The notes beneath the pieces are model-generated. The model had not been told where the DNA came from, searched no databases, and was given only the letters and a program-made list of their open reading frames with translations. A program made the position numbers and the translations under genes. Positions 37,606 through 47,185 of a stretch of 64,000 bases of DNA are shown piece after piece (the first letter of the stretch is position 1; every line of letters begins with the position of its first letter). Origin of the DNA: Candidatus Segetimicrobium genomatis (lineage in GTDB: Bacteria > Sysuimicrobiota > Sysuimicrobiia > Sysuimicrobiales > Segetimicrobiaceae); NCBI GenBank assembly GCA_005882275.1, contig VBAK01000137.1, positions 5,363-69,362 of the forward strand, read 5' to 3'.

Positions 37606-38228
37606 TCGCGGTGGTCGATTACGGCGCCGGCAACCTCCGCAGCATCCAGAAGGGGTTGGAGCGGCAGGGCCTCGAGGTCCGCATCATCGATGCGCCGCGG
37701 GCGCTCGACGAGGCGGACGCGCTCGTCGTCCCCGGGGACGGCGCGTTCGGGCCGGCGATGGCGCGCCTGCGCGCCACGGGGTTCGCGGACCGGATCCGGG
37801 CCTATGTCGCCTCCGGGCGGCCGTTTCTCGGGATCTGCCTCGGGATGCAGTTGCTGTTCGAGGAGAGCGAGGAGGACGGTGTGCACCGGGGGCTCGGCGT
37901 CCTGCCCGGCCGCGTGGTCCGCCTCTCCGGCCGGGTGAAGGTCCCGCACATGGGCTGGAACGCGCTCAGGGTGCTCCGGCCGTCTCCGCTCCTCGCGGGG
38001 GTGGAGACCGGCACGCACGCGTACTTCATTCACTCGTACCACGCGATCCCCGCGGACCCAGCGCTGGTCGCGGCCGCGGTGGACTACGGCGGAGAGGTGG
38101 CCGCCGTCGTCGGGCGCGGCAATGTCTGGGCCACGCAGTTCCATCCGGAGAAGTCGGGCGCGGGGGGCATGCGGATGCTCGCCAACGCTGCCCGGTGGGC
38201 CGTCGGTGCTGGTGCTTCCGGCCGTTGA
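37602..38228 (+). CDS. hisH: Imidazole glycerol phosphate synthase, glutaminase subunit
   Basis: DYGAGNL, GICLGMQ, PHMGWN, YFIHSY, QFHPEKS. Confidence 0.96.
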   Translation: MIAVVDYGAGNLRSIQKGLERQGLEVRIIDAPRALDEADALVVPGDGAFGPAMARLRATGFADRIRAYVASGRPFLGICLGMQLLFEESEEDGVHRGLGVLPGRVVRLSGRVKVPHMGWNALRVLRPSPLLAGVETGTHAYFIHSYHAIPADPALVAAAVDYGGEVAAVVGRGNVWATQFHPEKSGAGGMRMLANAARWAVGAGASGR

Positions 38229-38928
38229 CGTGCGGGGCGGCCGGTGCGTCCGCCTCATCCAAGGGGCCGCCGGCCGCGAGCGGGTCTACGGCGACGACCC
38301 GGCCGCCGCGGCCCGGAGGTGGGAGGCGGAGGGGGCCCCTTGGGTGCACGTGGTCGACCTCGACGGCGCATTCGCCGGCGCCCCGGTCAACGCGGAGGCC
38401 ATCCGCCGGATCATCGAGGCGGTGCGCATTCCCGTTGAGGTGGGCGGGGGGCTGCGCGATCTTCCCGCGGTCGAGCGGTGGCTCGGCCGGGGCGCGGCGC
38501 GCGTGATTCTGGGCACCGCCGCGCTCAACGGCGGGGGCGTGCTGGAAGAGGCCTGCCTCCGGTTCGGCGACCGCATCGCGGTGGCGATCGATGCGAGGGA
38601 CGGCGAGGTGCTGGTGGACGGCTGGGTCACCTGCACCGGGGAATCCGCGGCCGCTGCGGCGGCCCGGGCGGTCCGGGCAGGCGCCCGGCGGATCATCTAC
38701 ACGGATATCGGCCGGGACGGAATGCTGGGCGGGCCCAACGTCGCCGCGATCGAGCAGTTTCTGCGACACGTGGACGTGCCGGTGATCGCCTCCGGCGGGA
38801 TCGCCTCCGCCGATGACGTCGCGCGCCTGCGGCGCATCACACCGCGCGGGCCCGAAGGCGTGATCGTCGGCCGGGCCCTGTACGAGGGGCGGACGCGGCT
38901 CGAGGAACTCCTGGCCGCCGCCGCGTAG
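38206..38928 (+). CDS. hisA: ProFAR isomerase
   Basis: LPAVDVRGGRCVRL.QG, HVVDLDGA, VGGGLR, YTDIGRDGML.GP, IASGG, VGRALY. Confidence 0.95.
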   Translation: MLVLPAVDVRGGRCVRLIQGAAGRERVYGDDPAAAARRWEAEGAPWVHVVDLDGAFAGAPVNAEAIRRIIEAVRIPVEVGGGLRDLPAVERWLGRGAARVILGTAALNGGGVLEEACLRFGDRIAVAIDARDGEVLVDGWVTCTGESAAAAAARAVRAGARRIIYTDIGRDGMLGGPNVAAIEQFLRHVDVPVIASGGIASADDVARLRRITPRGPEGVIVGRALYEGRTRLEELLAAAA

Positions 38929-38931
38929 CCG

Positions 38932-39690
38932 ATGCTCGCCCGCCGGCTGATCCCCTGCCTCGACGTCGCCGCCGGCCGCGTCGTCAAGGGCACCAGTTTC
39001 GTGAACCTCCGCGACGCGGGCGATCCCGTCGAGCTGGCCGTCCTGTACGATCACGAGGGCGCCGACGAGATCGTCTTCCTGGACATCACCGCCAGCCACG
39101 AGCGCCGGGGGATCATGGAAGACGTGGTCCGCCGGACGGCCGAGGCGCTGACGATCCCGTTCACGGTGGGGGGCGGCCTGCGCACCGTCGAGGATCTTCG
39201 CCGGATGCTCAACGCCGGCGCGGACAAGGTGGGCATCAACACCGCGGCGGTGGAGCGGCCGGAGCTGATCCGCGAGGCCGCCCTGCGGTTCGGCCGCCAG
39301 TGCGTCGTCGTGGCGATCGACGCGCGCCGGACCTCCGCCGATCGGTGGGAGGTGTACATCCGCGGCGGGAGGACGCCCGCCGGCCGTGACGCCGTGGCCT
39401 GGGCGCGCGAGGCGGCGGAGCGGGGCGCGGGCGAACTCCTCGTCACCAGCATGGATCAGGACGGGCACGAAGACGGCTACGATCTGGCGCTGATTCGGGC
39501 GATCACCCGGGCGGTCGGGGTGCCGGTCGTGGCCTCCGGGGGCGCGGGCCATCCCCGGCACTTCGTGGAGGTCATCCAGCAGGCCGACGCGGACGCGGTG
39601 CTCGCCGCCTCGATGTTTCACTTCCGGCGGCACAGCATCGCGGAGGCCAAGGCGCACATGGCGGCGGCCGGAGTCCCGATCCGCCTCTGA
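38932..39690 (+). CDS. hisF: Imidazole glycerol phosphate synthase, cyclase subunit
   Basis: [42 protein letters not shown]. Confidence 0.97.
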   Translation: MLARRLIPCLDVAAGRVVKGTSFVNLRDAGDPVELAVLYDHEGADEIVFLDITASHERRGIMEDVVRRTAEALTIPFTVGGGLRTVEDLRRMLNAGADKVGINTAAVERPELIREAALRFGRQCVVVAIDARRTSADRWEVYIRGGRTPAGRDAVAWAREAAERGAGELLVTSMDQDGHEDGYDLALIRAITRAVGVPVVASGGAGHPRHFVEVIQQADADAVLAASMFHFRRHSIAEAKAHMAAAGVPIRL

Positions 39691-39747
39691 GCGCCCGCGG
39701 GTTCGAGTCCAGGGCGTCCTGGGGGCGTCCGGGGAGGATGGCAGGCG

Positions 39748-40443
39748 ATGCGGGAGACCGACACCATACGCTATGATGCGAGCGGGCTGATCACCGTGGT
39801 GGCGCAGGACGCCGGCAGCGGCGACGTGCTGATGGTCGCGTACATGAACCGCGAGGCGCTGGGGCGGACCCTGACGACCGGGCAGGCCTGGTACTGGAGC
39901 CGCAGCCGGGGGCGGCTCTGGCGAAAGGGCGAGGAGTCGGGACACACCCAGCGGGTGGTGGGGATGCAGGTCGACTGCGACGGCGATGCGCTGCTGCTCC
40001 GCGTCGAGCAGACAGGGCCGGCGTGTCATACCGGACGGCGGTCGTGCTTTTTCCGCACGGTGGTCGCGGGGAACGGGGACGCGGTCGTTGCGCCCGAGCC
40101 CGGGGCGGCCGAGCCGGGAGCTCCCGCGCGGCCCAACGGATCGCCTGTGGGGGCCGACGGCGCCGCCGAGGTGCTGAACGAGGTCGCGGCGGTCCTCGCC
40201 GACCGGCGCGCGCACCCGCGTGAAGGATCGTACACGACCCGGCTGTTCGCGGACGGCCTGGCCCGTCTCAATGAGAAGATCATGGAAGAGGCGGCCGAGG
40301 TGACCCGGGCCGCCCGGAAGGAAACGCGCGAGCGGCTCGTTGAAGAGACCGCCGACCTCTGGTTCCACTCCCTGGCCCTCCTGGTGTTTCTCGGGGCGAG
40401 GCCGAACGAGGTGCTTGCCGAACTGGCCAGGCGCCGGCGTTAG
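39748..40443 (+). CDS. hisIE: Bifunctional PR-AMP cyclohydrolase / PR-ATP pyrophosphatase
   Basis: WSRSR..LW.KGE.SG, DCDGD, ACHTG..SCF; [17 protein letters not shown]. Confidence 0.96.
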   Translation: MRETDTIRYDASGLITVVAQDAGSGDVLMVAYMNREALGRTLTTGQAWYWSRSRGRLWRKGEESGHTQRVVGMQVDCDGDALLLRVEQTGPACHTGRRSCFFRTVVAGNGDAVVAPEPGAAEPGAPARPNGSPVGADGAAEVLNEVAAVLADRRAHPREGSYTTRLFADGLARLNEKIMEEAAEVTRAARKETRERLVEETADLWFHSLALLVFLGARPNEVLAELARRRR

Positions 40444-40461
40444 CCCTGGGCCATTCTCTCC

Positions 40462-41196
40462 GTGCGATACGCGGTGTTCTCAGATGTCCACGGCAACGTC
40501 GAGGCGCTGGACACCGTGCTGGCCGACGCGGGGCGGCAGCGCGCGGACGTCTACCTGTGCCTGGGTGATACCGTCGGGTACGGGCCCGATCCCAACGAGT
40601 GCGCATCCCGCGTGCAGAAGCTCGGCGGTCCCGCCCTCGTGGGCAACCACGATCTGGCCGCGCTCGGCGCCCTGGATACCGGCGCGTTCTCCCCGCTGGC
40701 CCGCGAGGCGATCGAGTGGACGATCAGGGTGGTGACCGGCGAGACCCGCGCGTGGCTGGGCAGCCTTCCGCAGCGCATCGAGGATCGGTCGTTTCTCGCG
40801 GTCCACGGGAGCCCCCGGGACCCCATCGAAGAGTACATCCTTGACCTCCCCACGTCGCTCGCGATCTTTTCCGAGTATCCGTTTGCCCTCTGCCTCGTGG
40901 GGCACTCCCACATTCCCGGAGCCTTTGTCCTCGAGACCGACGGGTCCCTGAGCGCCCGGTCGCTGCCGGCGGGGGAGCCCGTCCGGCTCGCGCGGACGTC
41001 CCGGTACATCGTCAACGTCGGAAGCGTCGGTCAGCCGCGGGACGGAGATCCCCGCGCCAGCTATCTCCTGATGGAGACCAAACCCCGGACGGTGACGCTG
41101 CGGCGTCTTGCCTACCCCGTCGCCGCGACCCAGGAGAAGATGGCGGCGCGGGGGCTCCCGGCGCCGCTGGCGGAGCGGCTCGCCCTGGGCCGCTGA
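40462..41196 (+). CDS. Calcineurin-like metallophosphoesterase
   Basis: SDVHGN, LGDTVGYG, GNHD, HGSP, GHSH, NVGSVGQPRDG. Confidence 0.92.
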   Translation: MRYAVFSDVHGNVEALDTVLADAGRQRADVYLCLGDTVGYGPDPNECASRVQKLGGPALVGNHDLAALGALDTGAFSPLAREAIEWTIRVVTGETRAWLGSLPQRIEDRSFLAVHGSPRDPIEEYILDLPTSLAIFSEYPFALCLVGHSHIPGAFVLETDGSLSARSLPAGEPVRLARTSRYIVNVGSVGQPRDGDPRASYLLMETKPRTVTLRRLAYPVAATQEKMAARGLPAPLAERLALGR

Positions 41197-41336
41197 CCCC
41201 CCCCGGAGGGAGGCGAGCGGCCGCCGAAGAACCAGGACGGCGCGATCCTTGCGCGCCGGCGGCCCTCCCGCGTGAGCCAAGATGTCCTCGGAGCCGCGCG
41301 GCCGCGTCTAGATCCGGGAACACAGGAGGAGCCACC

Positions 41337-43415
41337 GTGACGAGCCCCCGTGACGCGCGCGCCCCCGCGGGGCGGCCGATCACGATCGAGGACCTGCTGG
41401 CCGTGAAGATCGTCAACGACCCGCAGCTGGCGCCCGACGGATCCCAGGTGGTGTGCACGGTCACCACCGCGGATGCGGTGGCGAACGCGTACCAGACCCA
41501 CCTCTGGATCGTGCCGGCCGACGGGCGGGCGGCGTGGCAGCTTACCTCGGTGCCGGGTAAAGACACCAACCCCCGATGGTCCCCGGACGGCGCCTGGATC
41601 GCCTTCATCTCCGACCGCAGCGGGGAGAAACAGGTGTGGGTCATTGCCCGGGACGGCGGGGAGGCCCGCCGGCTCACGTCCGGAACGCTCGCGCCCACGG
41701 AACTGGCCTGGTCGCCCGACGGCCGATGGCTTGCCGTCGTCGGAAAGCCCCAGCCGAGGCCCGGGCCGGACGAGAGCGATGTCCGCGTGATCTCGCGGCT
41801 GCGCTACAAACTCGACGGCGAGGGGTTCTGGGACGGGCGCTGGAAGCAGGTGCTGGTGTTGCCCGCCGGCGGGGGCGAGCCGCGGCCGCTGACGAGCGAG
41901 GAGTGCGATCACAACAACCCGGCCTGGTCGCCCGACGGCCAATGGATCGCGTACGCGGCCAACCCCGATCCGGACGCCGATCTCACCAATGTCGCCGACG
42001 TGTGGGTGGTGGCCGCCGCTGGCGGGGCGCCGCGCCGGGTGACCCGCGGCGCCGGCCCGGCGGCGCTGCCCGCCTGGTCCCCGGACGGGACCCGGATCGC
42101 CTACGTCGGCCACGACAATGCCTGCCGGGGCGCGACCAACAATGCGGTGTGGGTGGTGCCCGTCACCGCGGGCGAGCCGGTCTGCGTGTCGCGGGCATTC
42201 GACCGCAGCGCCGGCCATCACATCATCTCGGACATGCGCGCCCATCCCAGTTCGGGAGGACTCACGTGGGCGCCCGACGCCCGGCGGGTGTACTTCCTGT
42301 ACGCCGACGGGGCCAGCACCCAGATCGGATCCGTCGCCGTCGCGGACGGGTCGGTCCACCCTGAGACGGTGGGTGATCACGAGCTGATCGGGTGCTCGCT
42401 CGACCGCCTCGCCCGGCGGGTGGCGTGCGTGGAGAGCGATGCGCTGAGCCCCGGCGAAGTGGCGATCCGGGATCTCGGGCGGGACGCGGGACCCCTCCGC
42501 CGGCTCACGGACTGGAACGGCCCGCTGCTTCGAAGCGTCGCCCTGGCCGTCCCGGAGCGGTTCCAGTTCTCCGGCGCGGACGGCTGGCCGATCGAGGGAT
42601 GGGTGATTCGCCCGCCGGGAGCGCAAGGCGCTCATGCGGCAGCATCGCCGGGGGCGCGCGTGCCGGCGGTGCTCGAGATCCACGGCGGGCCGCACGCGGC
42701 GTACGGAAACGCCTTCTTTCACGAGTTTCAGCTCCTGGCCGCCGCCGGGTACGGGGTGATCTACATGAACCCCCGCGGGAGCCAGGGGTACGGGCAGGCA
42801 TTCACCGCGGCGACCCGGCACGATTGGGGCGGCAAAGACTACGAGGACCTCATGCGCGGGGTGGATCACGCGCTGGCCGCGTATGACTGGATCGACCCCG
42901 ACCGGCTCGGCGTCGCCGGCGGCAGTTACGGGGGATTCATGACCAACTGGGTGGTCGGCCATACCCGGCGGTTCAAGGCCGCCGTGACGATGCGCAGCAT
43001 CAGCAACGCGTACAGCCAGTGGGGGACGTCCGACCTCGCCTACCAGAAGGGCTTCTGGGAGTATCCGGGCGATCCATGGGAATCCCCGAAGTTCTACCTG
43101 GAGCGCTCACCGATTACCTACGCTCCCCAGATGCGGACCCCGCTGCTCATCCTCCACAGCGAGAACGATCTCCGGTGCCCGATCGAACAGGGGGAGCAGC
43201 TCTTCGTCGCGCTCAAGAAGCAGGGCACGCCGACGCTGTTCGTGCGGTTTCCCGGCGAGAGCCACGACCTCTCGCGCAGCGGCCAGCCGAAGCACCGGCT
43301 CGAGCGGCTCCGGCACATCATGGCCTGGTTCGCCGCCCACCTGGCTCCCCCGCGGGACGCGGGCGCGGCCGCGGCGCCGCCTCGCCGGCGCGAGGGGGCG
43401 CTCGCCGACGACTAG
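41337..43415 (+). CDS. S9-family peptidase (acylaminoacyl/dipeptidyl peptidase, YuxL-like)
   Basis: WSPDG propeller repeats, IHGGP, GGSYGG nucleophile, HSENDLRC, GESH. Confidence 0.95.
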   Translation: MTSPRDARAPAGRPITIEDLLAVKIVNDPQLAPDGSQVVCTVTTADAVANAYQTHLWIVPADGRAAWQLTSVPGKDTNPRWSPDGAWIAFISDRSGEKQVWVIARDGGEARRLTSGTLAPTELAWSPDGRWLAVVGKPQPRPGPDESDVRVISRLRYKLDGEGFWDGRWKQVLVLPAGGGEPRPLTSEECDHNNPAWSPDGQWIAYAANPDPDADLTNVADVWVVAAAGGAPRRVTRGAGPAALPAWSPDGTRIAYVGHDNACRGATNNAVWVVPVTAGEPVCVSRAFDRSAGHHIISDMRAHPSSGGLTWAPDARRVYFLYADGASTQIGSVAVADGSVHPETVGDHELIGCSLDRLARRVACVESDALSPGEVAIRDLGRDAGPLRRLTDWNGPLLRSVALAVPERFQFSGADGWPIEGWVIRPPGAQGAHAAASPGARVPAVLEIHGGPHAAYGNAFFHEFQLLAAAGYGVIYMNPRGSQGYGQAFTAATRHDWGGKDYEDLMRGVDHALAAYDWIDPDRLGVAGGSYGGFMTNWVVGHTRRFKAAVTMRSISNAYSQWGTSDLAYQKGFWEYPGDPWESPKFYLERSPITYAPQMRTPLLILHSENDLRCPIEQGEQLFVALKKQGTPTLFVRFPGESHDLSRSGQPKHRLERLRHIMAWFAAHLAPPRDAGAAAAPPRRREGALADD

Positions 43416-43424
43416 GCGGGCACG

Positions 43425-43982
43425 ATGACGCGCATCTACACCCGGACCGGGGACACGGGAGAGACCGCCCTCTTCGGGGGACAGCGCGTCTCGAAAGACG
43501 ATCTCCGCGTCCGCGCCTACGGGACGGTCGATGAACTGAACGCCGTGGTGGGGGTCGCGCGCGCCGCCGGCCCGACCCACGAGATCGACGCCGTCCTCGA
43601 GCGGGTGCAGCACCACCTGTTCGATCTCGGCGCGGAACTGGCCACTCCCGGGGGGACGTCCCCCGCCGCGGCGCGCGTCCCGCGCGCGACGGCGGAACGC
43701 GTGGCCGGGCTGGAGCAGGAGATCGACCGGTTCGATGCGCGCCTCCCGCCGCTCCGCGAGTTTGTCCTGCCCGGCGGCGTGCCCGCGGCGGCCGCGCTGC
43801 ACCACGCGCGCACCGTCGCCCGGAGGGCCGAGCGGCAGATCGTCCGGCTCGCCGCCCGCGAGCCGCTCAATCCCGAGGTCCTCAAGTACGTGAACCGGCT
43901 CTCCGATCTGCTCTTCGTGCTCGCCCGCGCGGCCAACCAGGGCGCCGGGCGTCCGGACGTGGCCTGGAAGCCGGACCGCTAG
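43425..43982 (+). CDS. pduO: Cob(I)alamin adenosyltransferase, PduO type
   Basis: IYTRTGDTGET, AYGTVDELN, RRAER, YVNRLSDLLF. Confidence 0.93.
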   Translation: MTRIYTRTGDTGETALFGGQRVSKDDLRVRAYGTVDELNAVVGVARAAGPTHEIDAVLERVQHHLFDLGAELATPGGTSPAAARVPRATAERVAGLEQEIDRFDARLPPLREFVLPGGVPAAAALHHARTVARRAERQIVRLAAREPLNPEVLKYVNRLSDLLFVLARAANQGAGRPDVAWKPDR

Positions 43983-44001
43983 GCCGGGCCGGCCGGGAGG
44001 T

Positions 44002-44856
44002 TTACTTGCGCTCCCGGTCGTGCGGGAGCGGTGTGGCCGGCGTCCGGTAGGGCATGGGCACGTACTCCACCGAGGGCCGCCGCCGGCCCGCCTGCGGGTA
44101 CAGCTGCATCAGATCGTAGATCGGCCTCGGCATCTCGGTCGACACCGCGAACCCGAGGGTGCGCGCTTCCGCCACGGTAATCGGATAATCGTGGGTCCAC
44201 GATCCCCCGGTCAGGCTGTTCGCCAGCGCCTCAGCTTTGTCGGCGGGGAGGCGGCGCGAGGCCAGCTCGACGACCACCTCGCGGACCTGATGGAGGGCCT
44301 TCTCGGCAATGTTGGCCAGGATCAGCGTTTCGTCGTCGACCCGCTCCACGGGCTTGCGCTCCACGGCCGCGAGGATCGAGACGGCCGGATGGTTGCCCAG
44401 CTGGGGGTCGACCGGGCCGAGCACGGCGTGCGGGTCCATGATGATCTCGTCCGCGGCCAGGGCGATGAGCGTGCCCCCCGACATCGCGTAGTGCGGGACC
44501 AGCACCGTCACCTTGCCGCGGTGATCGCCGAGCGCCCGGGCGATCTGCTCCGCCGCCAGGACCAGCCCGCCGGGCGTGTGGAGGATGACGTCGATGGGGT
44601 AGTCGTCCGGCGTGAGCCGGATGGCCCTGAGCACTTCTTCCGAGTCCTGGATGTCGATGTAGCGGACGATGGGGAACCCCAGGAGGCTCATCGTCTGCTC
44701 GCGGTGGATCAGCGCGATCACCCGGCTCCCCCGGGCGCGCTCGAGCGCCTGGAAGATCCGGAGGCGGGCCACCTGCTGCCACTGCTGCGAGAGCAGCGGC
44801 TGCAGGAACGAGATGATGAAGAAAACCCACAGCAGATCGGAGATGTTTACGTGCAT
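44002..44856 (-). CDS. SDH-family Clp-fold serine protease
   Basis: LHTPGGLVLAA, PHYAMSGGTLIALAADEI, LGPVDPQ, WTHDYP; start ATG 44856. Confidence 0.9.
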   Translation of the reverse strand: MHVNISDLLWVFFIISFLQPLLSQQWQQVARLRIFQALERARGSRVIALIHREQTMSLLGFPIVRYIDIQDSEEVLRAIRLTPDDYPIDVILHTPGGLVLAAEQIARALGDHRGKVTVLVPHYAMSGGTLIALAADEIIMDPHAVLGPVDPQLGNHPAVSILAAVERKPVERVDDETLILANIAEKALHQVREVVVELASRRLPADKAEALANSLTGGSWTHDYPITVAEARTLGFAVSTEMPRPIYDLMQLYPQAGRRRPSVEYVPMPYRTPATPLPHDRERK

Positions 44857-44873
44857 CGTCCCCCCTCCCCGCG

Positions 44874-46298
44874 CTACGCCCGGGTTTTCCCCTTCCCCGG
44901 AATCCCCGGCTCGGTCATCGCGCGCACCGAGAGGATCTCGTTGAGCTGGGCTTCGGCGAGGAGCCCCCGGTCCAGGACGATCTGCCGGATCGGCCGGCCG
45001 GTGCGCACGAACTCTTTGACCACTTCCGCAACGGCGCTGTAGCCGAGGTACGGGTTCAGCGCGGTGGCCAAGGCGGCGCTGTGCTCGACCCAGTGGCGGC
45101 ACCGCTCCTCGTTGGCCGCGATCCCGCGCACGCACCGCTCGGTGAACGCCCGGACCCCGGTGGTGAGGATCTGGATCGACTGCAGCAGGTTGAGCGCGAT
45201 GACCGGCATCATCACGTTGAGCTCGAGCTGGCCGGCCTGCGTGGCGAGCAGCACGGCGAGATCGTTGCCCATGACGTGGAAGCACACCATGTTCAGCATT
45301 TCGGCCATCGAGGGGTTGACCTTCCCCGGCATGATCGACGACCCCGGCTGCACCGGCGGGAGGCGAATCTCGTCGAGGCCGGTGTTCGGGCCGGATGCCA
45401 TCAGGCGCAGGTCGTTGGCGATGCGGGTGAGGGTGGCCGCCAGCGTCCGCAGCGCGGCCGAGCACTCCAGCGCGTCCCCCATGTTCTGCATCGATTCGAA
45501 GAGGTTGCCGGAGCTCCGGAGCGGCAGGCCGGTCAGCTCCGAGAGGCGCCGCACCATCCGGGGGTGGTACTGGGGGTCGGCGTTCAGCCCGGTGCCGGTG
45601 GCGGTCCCCCCGATCCCGATGTAGAGGAGCCGCTCGCGCGCGTTCTTGACGCGCTCGATGTCGTTGGCGACCGCCTGGGCGTAGGCGCCGAACTCCTGCC
45701 CGAGCCGGACCGGCACGGCGTCCTGGAGGTGGGTGCGGCCCGCCTTGACGATCCCGTCGAACTCGTGGGCCTTCTGGCCCAGGGCTTCCACCAGGTTCTC
45801 CAGGACGGACAGGAGGTCCCCGAGCGTCATCAACGCGCTCAGGCGGATCGCCGTGGGCGTGACGTCGTTGGTGGACTGGGCCATGTTCACGTGGTCGTTG
45901 GGGTGGACGAGCGCATACTCGCCGCGGCGGCCGCCGAGCAGCTCGATCGCGCGGTTCGCGATCACCTCGTTCGCGTTCATGTTCTGCGCGGTGCCGGCCC
46001 CCATCTGGAACGCATCGATCGGAAACTGCGCATCCCACGTTCCGTCGACGACCTCCTGAGCCGCGCGGGCGATCGCCTGGGCGGTCTTGGGCTCGAGCAG
46101 GCCGAGGGCGGCGTTGACCTCCGCGGCGGCGCGCTTGATCGTCGCGGTGGCCGCGATGAACGCGCGGGGAAGCCGGAGGCCGCTGATGGGAAAGTTTTCG
46201 ATCGCGCGGACGGTCTGGGAACCGTAGTAGGCGTCGGCCGGGACCCGGACGTCCCCCAGGGCGTCGCGCTCGATCCGGTGTTGTCCGTCGGTGCTCAT
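44874..46298 (-). CDS. Class II fumarate hydratase / aspartate ammonia-lyase family
   Basis: YYGSQT, HPNDHVN, GRTHLQDA, GSSIMPGKVNP, QLELNV. The TCA context favours fumarase. Confidence 0.9.
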   Translation of the reverse strand: MSTDGQHRIERDALGDVRVPADAYYGSQTVRAIENFPISGLRLPRAFIAATATIKRAAAEVNAALGLLEPKTAQAIARAAQEVVDGTWDAQFPIDAFQMGAGTAQNMNANEVIANRAIELLGGRRGEYALVHPNDHVNMAQSTNDVTPTAIRLSALMTLGDLLSVLENLVEALGQKAHEFDGIVKAGRTHLQDAVPVRLGQEFGAYAQAVANDIERVKNARERLLYIGIGGTATGTGLNADPQYHPRMVRRLSELTGLPLRSSGNLFESMQNMGDALECSAALRTLAATLTRIANDLRLMASGPNTGLDEIRLPPVQPGSSIMPGKVNPSMAEMLNMVCFHVMGNDLAVLLATQAGQLELNVMMPVIALNLLQSIQILTTGVRAFTERCVRGIAANEERCRHWVEHSAALATALNPYLGYSAVAEVVKEFVRTGRPIRQIVLDRGLLAEAQLNEILSVRAMTEPGIPGKGKTRA

Positions 46299-46437
46299 CG
46301 CTATCCTCCGGTCTGGGTTTCTCGGGGCGATCTCAGTATACCGCGCCCGGCGCCGCGCCAGGGCCGGTGGGGGAGGAAACTCCTTTCGCCGGGCGGAATA
46401 CAGGCGCGGGTCCCGACGTGGGTCCCGAGCAGAGCCC

Positions 46438-47166
46438 ATGGCCGATCACGCCGCAACGCATCCGTCCGCCCCGTCCATCCCCTGGTGGCTCCAGCCCGCC
46501 GCAACCGTCATCATCCTGTCGGGGTTCGTCGTCTACGCCACCTGGGTGGCGCTCGTGGGGTCCGGGAAGTTCGGCGCGTACCTCTCGCCGTTCTACTCGC
46601 CCGAGGTGAAGATCGGGGGCATCCCGATCTCCCCCGCGTTCTGGGTCCTCTGGGCCCCCGCGGGGTTCCGGGCGACCTGTTACTATTACCGCAAGGCCTA
46701 CTACCGGTCCTACTTCGCGGACCCGATCTCGTGCATGATCGGCGAATCCCGGCGCCGGTACGCGGGCGAGACGATCTTCCCGTTCGTCCTCAATAACCTG
46801 CACCGGTATCTCCTGTACGCCGCGGGCGTCGTGCTCGTCTTCCTGTGGATCGATGCCGTCAAGACATTTTTCGCCGGCGGCCGTTTCGGCGTCCACCTGG
46901 GCTCCCTGATCTTCCTGGTGAACGTCGTCCTCCTCTCGGGCTACACGCTCGGGTGCCACGCGTTCCGCCACATGGTGGGCGGCAACCTCGACTGCTACTC
47001 CTGCGCCCGGGGCGGCCGTCTGCGGTTCCGGCTGTGGGAGTGGGTGAACCCGTTCAACCATCGCCATGCCTGGTGGGCGTGGGCCAGCCTGTTCTCGGTG
47101 GTCTCCGCCGACGTCTACGTCCGGCTGCTCATGGCCGGCGCGATCGCGGACCCCCGGCTCCTCTAG
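46438..47166 (+). CDS. Succinate dehydrogenase membrane anchor, mycobacterial Sdh1 (Rv0249c)-like
   Basis: YLSPFYSP, FRATCYYYRKAYYR, NLHRY, YTLGCHAFRH, H..WAW; immediately upstream of sdhAB. Confidence 0.82.
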   Translation: MADHAATHPSAPSIPWWLQPAATVIILSGFVVYATWVALVGSGKFGAYLSPFYSPEVKIGGIPISPAFWVLWAPAGFRATCYYYRKAYYRSYFADPISCMIGESRRRYAGETIFPFVLNNLHRYLLYAAGVVLVFLWIDAVKTFFAGGRFGVHLGSLIFLVNVVLLSGYTLGCHAFRHMVGGNLDCYSCARGGRLRFRLWEWVNPFNHRHAWWAWASLFSVVSADVYVRLLMAGAIADPRLL

Positions 47167-47185
47167 GGATCCCCGGAGGCGGGTC

